The notes below the pieces were generated by a model. That model was not told the origin of the DNA, did no database searches, and saw nothing but the letters and a program-made list of their open reading frames with translations. From positions 12,956-76,955 of the forward strand of contig CAKPOI010000002.1 of the NCBI GenBank assembly GCA_934169775.1: DNA of 64,000 nt, given 5' to 3'. Shown in pieces: positions 8,879 through 21,267 of this stretch. Positions within the stretch are counted from its first letter, which is position 1; the number at the start of each line of letters is the position of its first letter. The DNA is from an uncultured Clostridia bacterium (GTDB lineage: Bacteria > Bacillota > Clostridia > TANB77 > CAG-508). The translations under genes and the position numbers were made by a program.

Positions 8879-10312
8879 CTAAATTTTTGCAACTCCTCCA
8901 ACAATTTTGCTGTATTCTGCATTTTCTAATAATTTAGCTCCTCCAGAGATTACTATTAAATCTCCTTTTTCTAATATTTCTTTTTCTTTTAATTTTTCAA
9001 TTCCCATTTCTACTGTTTTATCAATATTTTCTTGGGCTTCTACATAAATAGGTGTTACATTCCATGCAATAGCTAATTGATTGAATGTTCTTCTATTATC
9101 TGTAATTGCTAATATTGGGCATCCAGCTCCTAATCCAGCTAATTTTCTTGCTGAATCTCCTGAATGTGTATAGCATACAATTGCATCTGCTTCCATATTC
9201 ATTGCTGTTACACATGTTGAATATGCAATTTTTGTTTCAAAATCTGATAAATCAATATTATCATTGCTTCTAAATCTTTTCCAGTAGTCTATTTCTGGTT
9301 CTACTCTTCCTGCAATTTTAACCATTGTTTTTACACATTCTACTGGATATTTACCCATAGCACATTCTCCAGAAAGCATTACAGCACTTGTTCTGTCAAA
9401 TATAGCGTTTGCTACGTCACTTGCTTCTGCTCTTGTTGGTAATGGATTAAATGTCATTGATTCTAACATTTGTGTTGCTGTTATTGCTGGTTTATTTGCT
9501 CTGTTTGATAATTTGATAAATTTCTTTTGAGCTACTGGTGGTTCTGTAAAGTCTGTTTCTGTTGCCATGTCTCCACGTGCAATCATTTGAACATCGGCAT
9601 TTTCTACTATTTCTTCCATATGTTCCAAACCTTCAACATTTTCTACTTTTGTTATTATTTTTATGTCTTTTCCACCATTTTCGTCTAATACTTTTCTTAC
9701 TTGGTCAATGTCGTCTTTGTTTCTTGTAAATGACATTGCAACATAATCATAATCATGTTCACATGCTGTTTTTAAGTCTTGGATATCTTTTTCTTTTAGT
9801 GCTGGTAAATGTACTGCTGTTCCTGGTAAGTTTATTGTTTTTCTGCTTCCTAGTCCGTTTCCATGTACTACTGTACATACTATATCTTTTCCTACTATTT
9901 CATCTACTACTAATTCGATTGCACCATCATCAATTAATACTTTTGACCCTGGTTTTACATCATTATATAAACCTTTGTAGCTTACTGATACTTTGTCTTT
10001 ATCTCCTACTATATCTTCATTTACTAATGTGAATTTTTGTCCATCTTCTAGTTTTATTTTTTCATTTTTTCCTGTTACTAACATTCCTGTTCTAATTTCT
10101 GGACCTTGCATATCTAATAATAATGCTACTGGAACATCCATTTCTTTTCTTAATCTGATTATTTCTTCAGTTTTTTCTGCTTGTTCATCCCAGCTTCCAT
10201 GTGAATAGTTGATTCTTGTTACATTTAGTCCTGCATTTATTAATTCTTCTAGTCTGTTTTCACTTGCAGGTCCTATTGTTCCTACGATTTTTGTTTTTCT
10301 TAATGTTTTCAT
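8879..10312 (-). CDS. pyk: Pyruvate kinase
   Basis: The 477-aa translation (MKTLRKTKIVGTIGPAS...NYSHG...MIARGDM) matches pyruvate kinase along its whole length. Confidence 0.95.
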   Translation of the reverse strand: MKTLRKTKIVGTIGPASENRLEELINAGLNVTRINYSHGSWDEQAEKTEEIIRLRKEMDVPVALLLDMQGPEIRTGMLVTGKNEKIKLEDGQKFTLVNEDIVGDKDKVSVSYKGLYNDVKPGSKVLIDDGAIELVVDEIVGKDIVCTVVHGNGLGSRKTINLPGTAVHLPALKEKDIQDLKTACEHDYDYVAMSFTRNKDDIDQVRKVLDENGGKDIKIITKVENVEGLEHMEEIVENADVQMIARGDMATETDFTEPPVAQKKFIKLSNRANKPAITATQMLESMTFNPLPTRAEASDVANAIFDRTSAVMLSGECAMGKYPVECVKTMVKIAGRVEPEIDYWKRFRSNDNIDLSDFETKIAYSTCVTAMNMEADAIVCYTHSGDSARKLAGLGAGCPILAITDNRRTFNQLAIAWNVTPIYVEAQENIDKTVEMGIEKLKEKEILEKGDLIVISGGAKLLENAEYSKIVGGVAKI

Positions 10313-10513
10313 TTTTTTATCAATTCCTTTCTTTTTTAGACATTTCTTTTTTCTATGATACCCAATATCATTAGATTTTATATTGTCCCTTTTTGTCGAC
10401 CTTTATTATATCACATTTATGTGCTATTTTTCAACACTTTTTTTAAAATATGTTTATTTTAGCCAGTTCATGTGATTTTATCAATAGTTATTCTGTATTT
10501 TTATTTACTGTAA

Positions 10514-11242
10514 CTATTTTAGTTTAATAATTGTATGTAACTTTTTTTCGTCTTTACTATATATTGCTACTATATGAGAGTCATTGTAATTAGCATATTT
10601 GCAGATTACTTTTTCTCCATATTTGATTTCTTTTTTATATTGAATTTGAACACTATCATATGGTCTTTTATTATATACCTCATCTGGTAATGCTTCATAT
10701 GCTAAATCTAAATAATATAAATTGTGCATATGTCCATTTATGTCTATATCTCTTCTAGTTACAGTATACTCTACTTGATTTGTGTATTCATTTTCTGGTG
10801 GTAATTCTATTTTTTCTAGTTCTCTTTCTGGATATACACTCTTATTTTCTGGTTGGTATTTATTAGTAATTTCATCTGTTATTCTTGTTAGCCTTCCGGT
10901 TTCAGTATTTACTAATACCCATTTGGATGTTGCTATTGCACATAGTTCTTTTTGTTCATTATATATTTCAAAATCACGATATGTTATTGCTTTTGACATA
11001 TCTCTTCCCCATGTTTTTATGTCTATGTCTTCTCCATATTTTTGTCTTTTTATTACATTTAGTTTCCAGCCTGCTAGTATCCAAGCAACATGTGTTTTTT
11101 CTATGTCTCCTGCTCCATATCCTGCTATATCTGAATGATATGAGCCTATATTTTCTAACATTTCTAATATTGCTCTATTTTTTATATAGTTGTTTTTTCC
11201 TATATCTTTTATTCCCATTTTGAATTTGCGTTCTAATATCAT
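10514..11242 (-). CDS. Acyl-ACP thioesterase family protein
   Basis: 242 aa with a double hot-dog-like layout. The motifs HVAWILAGW...TWGRD...ATSKWVLVNTETGR and NGHMHNLYY are typical of FatA/B-like bacterial thioesterases. Confidence 0.8.
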   Translation of the reverse strand: MILERKFKMGIKDIGKNNYIKNRAILEMLENIGSYHSDIAGYGAGDIEKTHVAWILAGWKLNVIKRQKYGEDIDIKTWGRDMSKAITYRDFEIYNEQKELCAIATSKWVLVNTETGRLTRITDEITNKYQPENKSVYPERELEKIELPPENEYTNQVEYTVTRRDIDINGHMHNLYYLDLAYEALPDEVYNKRPYDSVQIQYKKEIKYGEKVICKYANYNDSHIVAIYSKDEKKLHTIIKLK

Positions 11243-11280
11243 TTTAATGCATTCCTTTCAAAATAATCTTATTGTTTTCG

Positions 11281-11385
11281 ATTTTTTATTGATGCTTTTT
11301 GAGTCCGGCCCCAAAAGCATTCGATTTTTTATTGATGCTTTTTGAGTCTGGCCCCAAAAGCATTAAGTCCGGCCTTAAAAGCATC
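11281..11385. repeat. Family-A REP-like elements, about 2.5 tandem copies (43-nt unit)
   Basis: GATGCTTTTTGAGTCCGGCCCCAAAAGCAT at 11291-11320 and 11334-11363, plus a partial copy at 11364-11385. Ends 1 nt before the pgi stop codon. Confidence 0.8.
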
Positions 11386-11386
11386 T

Positions 11387-12697
11387 TTAGTATCCTGGCT
11401 TTTCTAATAGATGGAACATGTTTTTCTTGTATTTCTCTACTCCTGGTTGATTAAATGGATTTACTCCTAATATCATTCCTGACATTGCACATGCTTTTTC
11501 AAAAAAGTATATTAGCTCTCCTATATTTTTTTCGTCTAGTTTTTCCATCTCTATTATTATGTTTGGTACATCTCCATCTACATGTGCTTTTACTGTTCCT
11601 TCCATTGCTTTTTTGTTGACATAGTCCATTGTTTTTCCTGATAAATAATTTAGTCCATCTAAATTGTCATCATCTGGATTTATTACTATATCATTTTGTG
11701 GTGTTTTTATTGTTATTACTGTTTCAAATAGGTCTCTTCTTCCTTCTTGGATGTATTGTCCCATTGAGTGTAAGTCTGTTGTGAAATCTACTCCTGCTGG
11801 GAATATTCCCTTTTTGTCTTTTCCTTCACTTTCTCCATATAGTTGTTTCCACCATTCTGTGAAATAGTGCATTTTTGGCTCATAGTTTACTAAGATTTCT
11901 GTTGTTTTTTTCATTTTACTGTATAATATGTTTCTTATTACTGCATATTGGTAACATTCATTATATTTTAGGTCTGAATCGTCAAATCTTTCTTGTGCTG
12001 TTCTTGCTCCTTCCATTAGTTTATCTATGTCTATTCCTGCTACTGCTATTGGTAATAATCCTACTGCTGTTAAAACAGAATATCTTCCTCCTATATTGTC
12101 TGGTACTACAAATTGCTCATATCCTTCATTTTCTGCTAATGTTTTTAGTGCTCCCTTTTCTTTGTCTGTTGTTGCATATATTCTACTTCTTGCTTCATCT
12201 ATTCCATATTTGTTTTCTAGTATTTCTCTGAATATTCTGAATGCTATTGCTGGTTCTGTTGTTGTTCCTGATTTTGATATTACATTTACTGAAAAATCTT
12301 TGTCTCCTATGTATTCTATTAGTTCATTGATGTAATTTGGACTTAAGTTGTTTCCTACATATAATATTTGTGGATATTTTCTTTGCTTCTCTGATAATAG
12401 ATTATAAAATGTGCTTGTTAAGCTTTCTATTACCGCTCTTGCACCTAAGTATGATCCTCCTATTCCTATTACTACTAATACGTCTGATTCTTTTGCTATT
12501 TTTTTTGCTGCTTTTTTTATTCTTTTAAATTCTTCTTTATTATAGTCTGTTGGTAATTCTAACCATCCTACAAAGTCTTCTTCGTCTAATGCTCTTCTGT
12601 GTAATTCTTTATGATTTTTTGCTACTTCTTTTGTGTAATCTTGTATCATTCTTTTTGTGATGTTTGTGTTTTTATAATCTAATCTTATGTTTGCCAT
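11387..12697 (-). CDS. pgi: Glucose-6-phosphate isomerase
   Basis: 436 aa with [19 protein letters not shown] and GGRYSV motifs. Confidence 0.95.
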   Translation of the reverse strand: MANIRLDYKNTNITKRMIQDYTKEVAKNHKELHRRALDEEDFVGWLELPTDYNKEEFKRIKKAAKKIAKESDVLVVIGIGGSYLGARAVIESLTSTFYNLLSEKQRKYPQILYVGNNLSPNYINELIEYIGDKDFSVNVISKSGTTTEPAIAFRIFREILENKYGIDEARSRIYATTDKEKGALKTLAENEGYEQFVVPDNIGGRYSVLTAVGLLPIAVAGIDIDKLMEGARTAQERFDDSDLKYNECYQYAVIRNILYSKMKKTTEILVNYEPKMHYFTEWWKQLYGESEGKDKKGIFPAGVDFTTDLHSMGQYIQEGRRDLFETVITIKTPQNDIVINPDDDNLDGLNYLSGKTMDYVNKKAMEGTVKAHVDGDVPNIIIEMEKLDEKNIGELIYFFEKACAMSGMILGVNPFNQPGVEKYKKNMFHLLEKPGY

Positions 12698-12780
12698 TTT
12701 TTATATCATTCCTTTCCCATAAGGCATTTTTAGCTTCATATTTTTTCCGCCTTTCATTTTTTATTTTATTATATTTTACT

Positions 12781-12830
12781 AAAAAAAGAAGAAAATAGCA
12801 ATGTATTTCACTATTTTCTTAAATATTTTA
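12781..12830 (-). terminator. Rho-independent terminator downstream of spoIIP
   Basis: Minus-sense AAGAAAATAG...CTATTTTCTT stem followed by a T-run (plus-strand A-run at 12781-12788). Confidence 0.6.
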
Positions 12831-12857
12831 TTCTTTTTTGATATATAAATTTTGCTT

Positions 12858-14031
12858 TTATTTCATTACCTCATCTAATACTTTAGCCAAATATTTCATA
12901 CTAGTTAAACATTGTTCTAAAGTGTTACCAGTAGCTCCAACTTCCATTATACTAGCATATTTTCCTGCATGTTGATTATATCTATATTCTGTTAGCATTA
13001 ATGGTTTAAATAATCCTGGATACATTTCTTCTGCTTTTTCTTGTACTTTTATAGCAAATTTTAAATTTTGTTGCCAGTTTGGATGTTCAAGTCCACCTTG
13101 GTTTGTTCCTATAACATACATTATTTGTGCAGCATAATCATCACCTATTTTTACTGTTGGGGCATAGTCTGATCGTGATCCTATTGCATCTCTATGTAAA
13201 TCAATTATAATATCAGAAGGTGTTGTTTTTAATATGTTTTGTACTGTAGCTAAAGAACGTGTATATGAGCCATTATATGATGGATAATCATGATAATTTG
13301 TATTATGTGTTACTGGTATGTTATATTGTTTTAATTGATTTTCTAATTCTGTTCCTACTCTAGTTACTGTATAATTTAAATCTGTTGTTCTAAATGTCCC
13401 TGTTGGATTATATGGAAATTGTTCACTAGATGTATAGCTTTCACAACTATGTGTATGGAATATTATTACATTTTTATTGTTTATAGTGATATTTGGTGTC
13501 ATTATTTCTTCTGTTAGATTTATTTTTGTTCCATTTTTTATTTTTACTTTTCCATATTGTGTATTATATGTTTCTTTTATTGGATTATTTGTTACTACTT
13601 GTGTTTCTTGTCCTGTTTTTACTTGTTCTATATTGGTTTGTGTATTGTTTTCTGTTGTTTCGTTTTTTGTATTTTCACCTGCTTTTTGTTCTTCACTGTT
13701 TTTTTCTTCTGTGTTTTGTTCTTCTTTATTATTTTTCTTATCTTCTTTTATTCCTTTTATTGCACTTATTTCTGTTCCGTATTGCTATTTTAGCATATTT
13801 TTGTTCTTTATTTTCTTCATTATGTTCTTCTTGGTTTTGTTCTAAATTATCTATTAGTGGTATTTGTTTACTTATGGCTTGTTTGTATATCTTGGAAGTT
13901 GGTAATGTTATTTTTATTTCTTTTTTTATTGAAAATATTCTTGTGGTTATTATTATAAAAAATATTACTATTAATATTACCACAAGATATTTGGTTATAT
14001 CTTTCAATTTAAAAATCGCAACATTAAACAT
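12858..14031 (-). pseudogene. spoIIP: Stage II sporulation protein P, split by a 1-nt frameshift (or assembly error)
   Basis: The N-terminal TM segment ORF 13738-14031 and the catalytic part 12858-13784 (IFHTHSCESY...DLHRDA) are in different frames. Both frames are open only over 13741-13784. Confidence 0.75.
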
Positions 14032-14150
14032 ATATATTTCTCCTTTGCATTCTTTATATATGTATGTTGCGATTTTTTATTTTATTACTAATTTATATAT
14101 TAAATTTTTTAATCATTTAATATTGTATGAAATCATGCTGTGTTTGCAGT

Positions 14151-15590
14151 TTATTCTTCATTTGAACTATTTTGTGCTGATTCATCTTCATCATTACTTG
14201 TGTTATTTTGTGATGAACTATTTTGTGTTAAGTTTTCACTTGTAGTACTTGTTGTGCTTTCACTACTTTTTACTGCTTTCACTCCTATTGAATCTAGCCA
14301 TTTTTCTACATCATATCTTTGATCTCTAAAATTCAAATAATAATATTTTGTTCCTGAATCTATGACCATATAAATGTCATCTGCCATTGTTGGAAATTTT
14401 TCTTCTCCAGATGCATTTATTATTCCATATTTTTTGTCTTTGCATGTTACTATCATATTATAGTTTGGAATTACCAATAAATTTAATGCATCTTTATTAC
14501 TTGAAGCTATATATCCAAAACTGTCATATTTAAAATCTACTACTGTTTTTCCGTTTTTATCTACTAGTCCCCATAAGTTGTTCTTTTTTACTGGTATTAG
14601 ATTGTCTACTAATAAATATTTGTTACGTATATCATTTTTTTCAAATTTTGATATATCCATTCCTATTTCATCATTTTCTATATATAATTTTATGTTTCCT
14701 TTTATGTCTATTATTCCATATTTGTTTTCTCTTTTTGCTTCATAGATTCCTGCGTCTTTATCCATTAATTTTAAACTGTCATATAATATTTGTACTTTCA
14801 TGTTTCCGTCTTTTGATATTATTCCTACTTTTCCATTACTTGTTGTTAAAAAGTCTCCTGTTTCTGCTATATATGTTATATTATCATATTTTGGTTCTAC
14901 TACTGTGTTTCCGTCTAAGTCTATTACTCCTATTTGTTTTTTGTCTTTTTTAACTATTAATCTTTCTTCAAATATTGATTTTTGATTGTGGAATTCGCTA
15001 CTCATTTCTGCATAATTTTTGTCTAATACCATTTTTTGATAACTATTTATTAAATATTTCATTGTATATATTTGTATTCTGTTTGTGTCTTTATTATATA
15101 TAAAACTTGTGTTAAATGCTTGTTCAAATCCGTCTGATGAAATATATAATTTTCCATTTATGGCTTTTACTGGTTTTTTACTATAAAAATATGAATAATC
15201 TGAATTTGATTGCTGTGTTTCTAGTTTGTATATTTTGTTAGAGTTTAATACAAAATTTGCTATTTCGTCATCACTTTGTATATAGCATTTGTTTTTGGCT
15301 TCTGATCTTTCTGCATAATCTCCACTATAGCTTTGATAGCCTACATAACTTGCTATATCTCTAATTGGTATATACACTGTGTCTCCATCAAATACTAGCA
15401 TGTCTTTTACTTTTGATTGTACTTGTCCATCTACATATACTTTTAATTGTGAATTTTCTATATATCCTAATGTTACTACTATTCCTATAATTCCAATTAC
15501 AAGTAATATTATTATTGCTAATACTATTTTTGGTAGTTTTGTATTTACCTTTTTTTCTTTTTCTACAAAGTTCTCATCAATTATATTCAT
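14151..15590 (-). CDS. Membrane-anchored WG-repeat protein with copper-amine-oxidase-N-like domain and acidic S/T/N-rich tail
   Basis: N-terminal TM segment. Repeated KYGIIDIKGN / LWGLVDKNGKTVV / IGVIDLDGNTVVEPKYD motifs (KWG/WG-type beta repeats). The C-terminus is low complexity. Confidence 0.6.
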   Translation of the reverse strand: MNIIDENFVEKEKKVNTKLPKIVLAIIILLVIGIIGIVVTLGYIENSQLKVYVDGQVQSKVKDMLVFDGDTVYIPIRDIASYVGYQSYSGDYAERSEAKNKCYIQSDDEIANFVLNSNKIYKLETQQSNSDYSYFYSKKPVKAINGKLYISSDGFEQAFNTSFIYNKDTNRIQIYTMKYLINSYQKMVLDKNYAEMSSEFHNQKSIFEERLIVKKDKKQIGVIDLDGNTVVEPKYDNITYIAETGDFLTTSNGKVGIISKDGNMKVQILYDSLKLMDKDAGIYEAKRENKYGIIDIKGNIKLYIENDEIGMDISKFEKNDIRNKYLLVDNLIPVKKNNLWGLVDKNGKTVVDFKYDSFGYIASSNKDALNLLVIPNYNMIVTCKDKKYGIINASGEEKFPTMADDIYMVIDSGTKYYYLNFRDQRYDVEKWLDSIGVKAVKSSESTTSTTSENLTQNSSSQNNTSNDEDESAQNSSNEE

Positions 15591-15604
15591 CTGTATTCCC
15601 CCTT

Positions 15605-16729
<1,125 letters not shown>

Positions 16730-16810
16730 TTAATTAAATTCCTCCTTAATCACATTTGTGCGAGATTATTATTCGATTTTCTCTTTAAGGTATTTATGTG
16801 TTTTGTTGAT

Positions 16811-17836
16811 TTATGATATGAACATTGCATCTCCAAAACTGAAAAATTTGTATTTTTCTTTTACTGCTTCATTATATGCTTTCATTATATAGTCTTTTCC
16901 TGCTAATGCAGATACTAGCATTAATAATGTTGATTGTGGTAGGTGGAAGTTTGTTATTAATCCATCTATACATTTGAATTTGTAGCCTGGATATATAAAT
17001 ATTTGTGTGTCATTTTCTATTGGTTCTACTGTTCCATCTTCTTGATTTGCTATTGTTTCTAATACTCTACATGAGGTTGTACCTACTGCTATTACTCTTT
17101 TTCCGTTTTTCTTTGCTTTGTTTATTTTGTCACAGTCTTCTTGTTTTATATAAAAGTGTTCTGAGTGCATTTCATGTGCTTCTACTGTATCTTCTTTTAC
17201 TGGTCTAAATGTTCCTATTCCTACATGTAGTGTTACATTTGCTATATCTATTCCTTTTTGTTCTATTTTTTCTAATAGCTCTTTTGTAAAGTGTAATCCT
17301 GCTGTTGGTGCTGCTGCTGAACCTTCATATTTTGCATATACTGTTTGATATCTGTCTTTTTCTTTTAATTCTTCATGTATATATGGTGGTAATGGCATTA
17401 GTCCTATTTTGTCTAAGATTTCGTTAAATATGCCTTCATATGTAAATAATACTTTTCTTGTTCCTCCTGGCATTGTGTCTAATATTTCTGCTGTTAGTAA
17501 TCCATCTCCAAATATTACTTTTGTTCCTATATGTAATTTATTTCCTGGTCTTACTATTGTTTCCCAGATGTCTCCTTCTATATTATTTAATAGCAAAAAT
17601 TCTATATTTGCTCCTGTTTCTTTTTTTCCATATATACGTGCTGGTATGACTTTTGTGTTGTTTCTTACCAAGCAGTCTCCTGGCTCTAAATAATCTATTA
17701 TGTCTTTAAATGTTTTATGTTCTATTGTGTGCTCTTTTCTATTTAGAACCATTAATCTTGATTCGTCTCTTTTTTCGATTGGTGTTTGTGCTATTAGTTC
17801 TTCTGGCAATTCATAATCAAATTCTGTTACTTTCAA
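16811..17836 (-). CDS. queA: S-adenosylmethionine:tRNA ribosyltransferase-isomerase
   Basis: 341 aa, from [14 protein letters not shown] to the [11 protein letters not shown]-terminus. Confidence 0.95.
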   Translation of the reverse strand: MKVTEFDYELPEELIAQTPIEKRDESRLMVLNRKEHTIEHKTFKDIIDYLEPGDCLVRNNTKVIPARIYGKKETGANIEFLLLNNIEGDIWETIVRPGNKLHIGTKVIFGDGLLTAEILDTMPGGTRKVLFTYEGIFNEILDKIGLMPLPPYIHEELKEKDRYQTVYAKYEGSAAAPTAGLHFTKELLEKIEQKGIDIANVTLHVGIGTFRPVKEDTVEAHEMHSEHFYIKQEDCDKINKAKKNGKRVIAVGTTSCRVLETIANQEDGTVEPIENDTQIFIYPGYKFKCIDGLITNFHLPQSTLLMLVSALAGKDYIMKAYNEAVKEKYKFFSFGDAMFIS

Positions 17837-17914
17837 TGCTTTTGCCTCCTATATTTTTTAAGCTTTTTATAATTTAAAATTTATTGTAAATCCCTTTTTA
17901 TTTTCAATTTTATA

Positions 17915-20014
17915 TTATAATTCTTTCATTGTTAGGTTTATTCTGTCTTGGTCATCTATTTCTATGACTTTTACTGTGACTTTTTGTCCAACATGTAGTA
18001 CATCTTCTACATTTTTTACTCTTTCATTTGATATTTTTGATATGTGTAATAATCCTTCTTTTCCACCACATCCTAAGTCTACAAATGCACCAAATGGCAT
18101 TATTCTTGTTACTTCTCCATAATAAATTCCGCCAACTTCTACATCTCTAACAATGTCTTCTATCATGTCTAATGCTTCTACTGCTTTTTCTGAATCTGAT
18201 GAATATATAAATACTTTTCCATCTTCTTCTATGTCTATTTTTACTCCTGTTTCGTCTATTATTTTGTTTATTACTTTTCCTCCAGGTCCTATTACATCTT
18301 TGATTTTTTCAACTTTTATTTGTGTTGATACTATACGTGGTGCATATTTTGATATTTCTTTACGTGGTTCACTTATTACTGGTCTCATTATTTCGTCTAA
18401 GATGTATTGTCTTGCTACTTTTGTTCTTTCAAATGCTTCTGCTATTATGTCATATGTTAATCCATCTATTTTGATATCTACTTGGATTGCTGTTATTCCT
18501 TTTTCTGTTCCTCCTACTTTAAAGTCCATGTCTCCAAAGAAGTCTTCTAATCCTTGTATATCTGTTAGCATTACATAGTCGTTTTCATCTTCTGGATTTG
18601 TTACTAATCCTGTTGAGATTCCTGCTACTGGTCTTTTTATTGGTACTCCTGCTGCCATTAATGATAATGTGCTTCCACATATACTTGCTTGTGATGTTGA
18701 TCCATTTGATGATAACACTTCTGATACAACTCTTATTGCATATGGGAATTCTTCTTTTGATGGTAGTACTGGTACTAATGCTTTTTCTGCTAATGCTCCA
18801 TGTCCTATTTCTCTTCTTCCTGGTCCTCTTGATGGTCTTGCTTCTCCTACGCTATATGCTGGGAAGTTGTATTGGTGCATATATCTTTTTGATTCTTCAT
18901 TATCTAATCCGTCTAATGTTTGTTCTTCACTTATCATTCCTAATGTTGTTATTGATAATACTTGAGTTTGTCCTCTTGTAAATAATGCACTTCCATGTAC
19001 TCGTGGTAATAGGTCTATTTCACATGATAATGGTCTTATTTCATCTATTTTTCTTCCATCTACTCTTTTATGTTCATAGAATATCATGTCTCTTACACAT
19101 TTTTTCTCTAATTTATATATTGCTTCTCCTATTTGTTGTTTGTTTTCTTCAAATGCTTCTTCTCCATATTTTTCTGCATATGCATTTGATATTTTTTCTG
19201 TTAATTCTGCTATGTTGTTGTCTCTTGTTTCTTTGTCTTTTTCTTGTACTTTTTCTTTCATTTCTTCTGTGAAGTTTTCTGCTATGTATTCATATAAATC
19301 ATGGTCTACTGCAAATGATTTGTATTCAAATTTTGGTTTTCCTATTTCTTCTTTCATTTTTTCTATGAATTTGCAGATTTTTTTGATTTCTTCATGTCCT
19401 TTTTTGATTGCTTCTAACATTACTTCATTTGATACTTCATTTGCTCCTGCTTCTATCATTGCTATTTTTTGTTCTGTTCCTGCTACTGTTAGTGTTAAAT
19501 CTGATACTTTTCTTTGTTCTTCTGTTGGGTTTATTACTATTTCTCCATTTACTAACCCTACATTTACTGCTGCTGTTGGTCCTCCAAATGGTATGTCTGA
19601 TATTGATAGTGCTGCTGATGCTCCTATCATTGCTGCTACTTCTGGTGAGTTGTCTTGTTCTACTGATAATACTGTTGCAACTACTACTACATCATTTCTG
19701 AAGTCTTTTGGGAATAGTGGTCTTAGTGGTCTGTCTATTGCTCTTGATGTTAGTATTGCTTTGTCTGCTGGTTTTCCTTCTCTTTTTTGGAATGATCCTG
19801 GTATTTTTCCTACTGCATATAGTTTTTCTTCGTAGTCTACTGATAATGGGAAGAAGTCTATTCCTTCTCTTGGTTCTTTTGATGCTGTTACATTTACCAT
19901 TACTACTGTTTCTCCATAACGTACTACTACACTTCCGTTTGATAGTTCTGCCATTTTTCCTGTTTCTATTACTAGCTTTCTTCCTGCTAGTTCTGTTTCA
20001 TAACTTTTAAACAT
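17915..20014 (-). CDS. pnp: Polyribonucleotide nucleotidyltransferase (PNPase)
   Basis: 699 aa with two RNase PH domains, KH and S1 (GEVTRIMPFGAFVDL). Confidence 0.97.
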   Translation of the reverse strand: MFKSYETELAGRKLVIETGKMAELSNGSVVVRYGETVVMVNVTASKEPREGIDFFPLSVDYEEKLYAVGKIPGSFQKREGKPADKAILTSRAIDRPLRPLFPKDFRNDVVVVATVLSVEQDNSPEVAAMIGASAALSISDIPFGGPTAAVNVGLVNGEIVINPTEEQRKVSDLTLTVAGTEQKIAMIEAGANEVSNEVMLEAIKKGHEEIKKICKFIEKMKEEIGKPKFEYKSFAVDHDLYEYIAENFTEEMKEKVQEKDKETRDNNIAELTEKISNAYAEKYGEEAFEENKQQIGEAIYKLEKKCVRDMIFYEHKRVDGRKIDEIRPLSCEIDLLPRVHGSALFTRGQTQVLSITTLGMISEEQTLDGLDNEESKRYMHQYNFPAYSVGEARPSRGPGRREIGHGALAEKALVPVLPSKEEFPYAIRVVSEVLSSNGSTSQASICGSTLSLMAAGVPIKRPVAGISTGLVTNPEDENDYVMLTDIQGLEDFFGDMDFKVGGTEKGITAIQVDIKIDGLTYDIIAEAFERTKVARQYILDEIMRPVISEPRKEISKYAPRIVSTQIKVEKIKDVIGPGGKVINKIIDETGVKIDIEEDGKVFIYSSDSEKAVEALDMIEDIVRDVEVGGIYYGEVTRIMPFGAFVDLGCGGKEGLLHISKISNERVKNVEDVLHVGQKVTVKVIEIDDQDRINLTMKEL

Positions 20015-20080
20015 TACTTGTTCCTCCTAATAAATTTTATTTGTTGGTTCTTGTTTATTTTAAAATTTGTTATCTTTTTT

Positions 20081-20140
20081 GTGTGCAAAAATGTTTTTTA
20101 TAAGTGCAAATGTTATTAATGTTCGCTTTTGTTTTCTATT
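20081..20140. repeat. Family-B element, partial copy, in the rpsO-pnp intergenic region
   Basis: ATAAGTGCAAATGTTATTAATGTTCGCTTTTGTTTTCTATT aligns with 761-800 and 44925-44965. Confidence 0.5.
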
Positions 20141-20166
20141 TTTTCCTTTTGTTTTTTAACTTTATT

Positions 20167-20200
20167 AAAAGCCCATGCCAAAATAAAGCATAGGCTTTTT
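20167..20200 (-). terminator. Hairpin/terminator between rpsO and pnp
   Basis: AAAAGCCCATGC...GCATAGGCTTTT stem immediately after the rpsO stop. This is the classical position of the rpsO terminator / pnp leader. Confidence 0.55.
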
Positions 20201-20207
20201 TTAATTA

Positions 20208-20471
20208 TTATTTTCTTAATCCTAATTTTTCTACGATGTCTCTGTATCTTTGTACATCTTTTTTTGCTAGGTAGTTTAATAAGTTTCTTCTTTTTCCTAC
20301 CATTTTTAATAGACCACGTCTTGAATGGTTGTCTTTTACATGTACTTTTAAGTGTTCTGTTAATTCGTTGATTCTTTCTGTTAAAAGAGCGATTTGTACT
20401 TCTGGTGATCCAGTGTCTTTTTCTTCTCTTTTATATGTGTTGATTATTTCTTGTTTTCTTTCCTTTGTCAT
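20208..20471 (-). CDS. rpsO: 30S ribosomal protein S15
   Basis: [42 protein letters not shown]... I chose the ATG at 20471 because the upstream GTG of the track ORF lies inside the RBS AGAGGTG. Confidence 0.95.
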   Translation of the reverse strand: MTKERKQEIINTYKREEKDTGSPEVQIALLTERINELTEHLKVHVKDNHSRRGLLKMVGKRRNLLNYLAKKDVQRYRDIVEKLGLRK

Positions 20472-20638
20472 TTTTTGCACCTCTCTTTCATTTTTTCCTT
20501 TAACTGAGCTTACAGTTTGGTGTGTGCTAGTAGGCTAAGTAAAAGGTCTTATTTTTTGACATTCCTATTATAGTATATTTTTCGCAAAAAATCAATACTT
20601 TTTTTAAATTTCCTTTTGAAGTAAATTTAATATATGTA

Positions 20639-20953
20639 TTAAATTAATCCTTCTAAATAGTTTCTTCCTCCATAATAAAAATGGGCTATATATACAATTT
20701 CTTTTTCTTTATCTATAGTATATAACAATATATAATTTTCTATTGGTATTCTCCTATATATTCTTTTTAATTTATCACTTTTCTCTGTCTTGGTATACAT
20801 TTCTGGAAATATTGATAATCCTTTTACACTATCTCTTATCTTTATCCTAAGTTTATTAGCAGCATTATCATCTTTCAAAATTTTTTCAATATACTGACAA
20901 GCTTCTTCTATATCCTCTAAACATTTTTGAGTAAATTGTACTTTATATTCCAT
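20639..20953 (-). CDS. Type II toxin, RelE/ParE family
   Basis: About 104 aa from MEYKVQF. The C-terminal IVYIAHFYYGGRNY is typical of ParE/RelE toxins. Overlaps the upstream antitoxin by 11 nt. Confidence 0.75.
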   Translation of the reverse strand: MEYKVQFTQKCLEDIEEACQYIEKILKDDNAANKLRIKIRDSVKGLSIFPEMYTKTEKSDKLKRIYRRIPIENYILLYTIDKEKEIVYIAHFYYGGRNYLEGLI

Positions 20954-21203
20954 ATTTTGTACTCCATTCATTAAATACTTTGTTTGCATCTACTAGTTTT
21001 CCATTTGCTATATCTTCTTCAGCTTTTAGTAAATTTTTTTCTACTTTTTCTTTTATTATTTTTTTTTCGTATTCTTCCATACTCATAAGTATTACATTAT
21101 TTTTATTATTTTTTGTTACAACCATTTCTCCATTTAAATTTATTGCTGTTTTCAATTCTTTTAAGTTCGTTACTTGTTGCATAAAATCACCTCTCTTTTT
21201 CAT
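20943..21203 (-). CDS. Type II antitoxin, Phd/YefM-like
   Basis: GEMVVTKNNKNNVILMSMEEYEKK matches the Phd/YefM N-terminal motif. The small acidic protein sits directly upstream of the toxin. Confidence 0.7.
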   Translation of the reverse strand: MKKRGDFMQQVTNLKELKTAINLNGEMVVTKNNKNNVILMSMEEYEKKIIKEKVEKNLLKAEEDIANGKLVDANKVFNEWSTKYGI

Positions 21204-21267
21204 TACTTTGTTATTATTATAACATAAACTTTGTTATTTTAAAATATCTTTTTATTATTTTTTAGGG

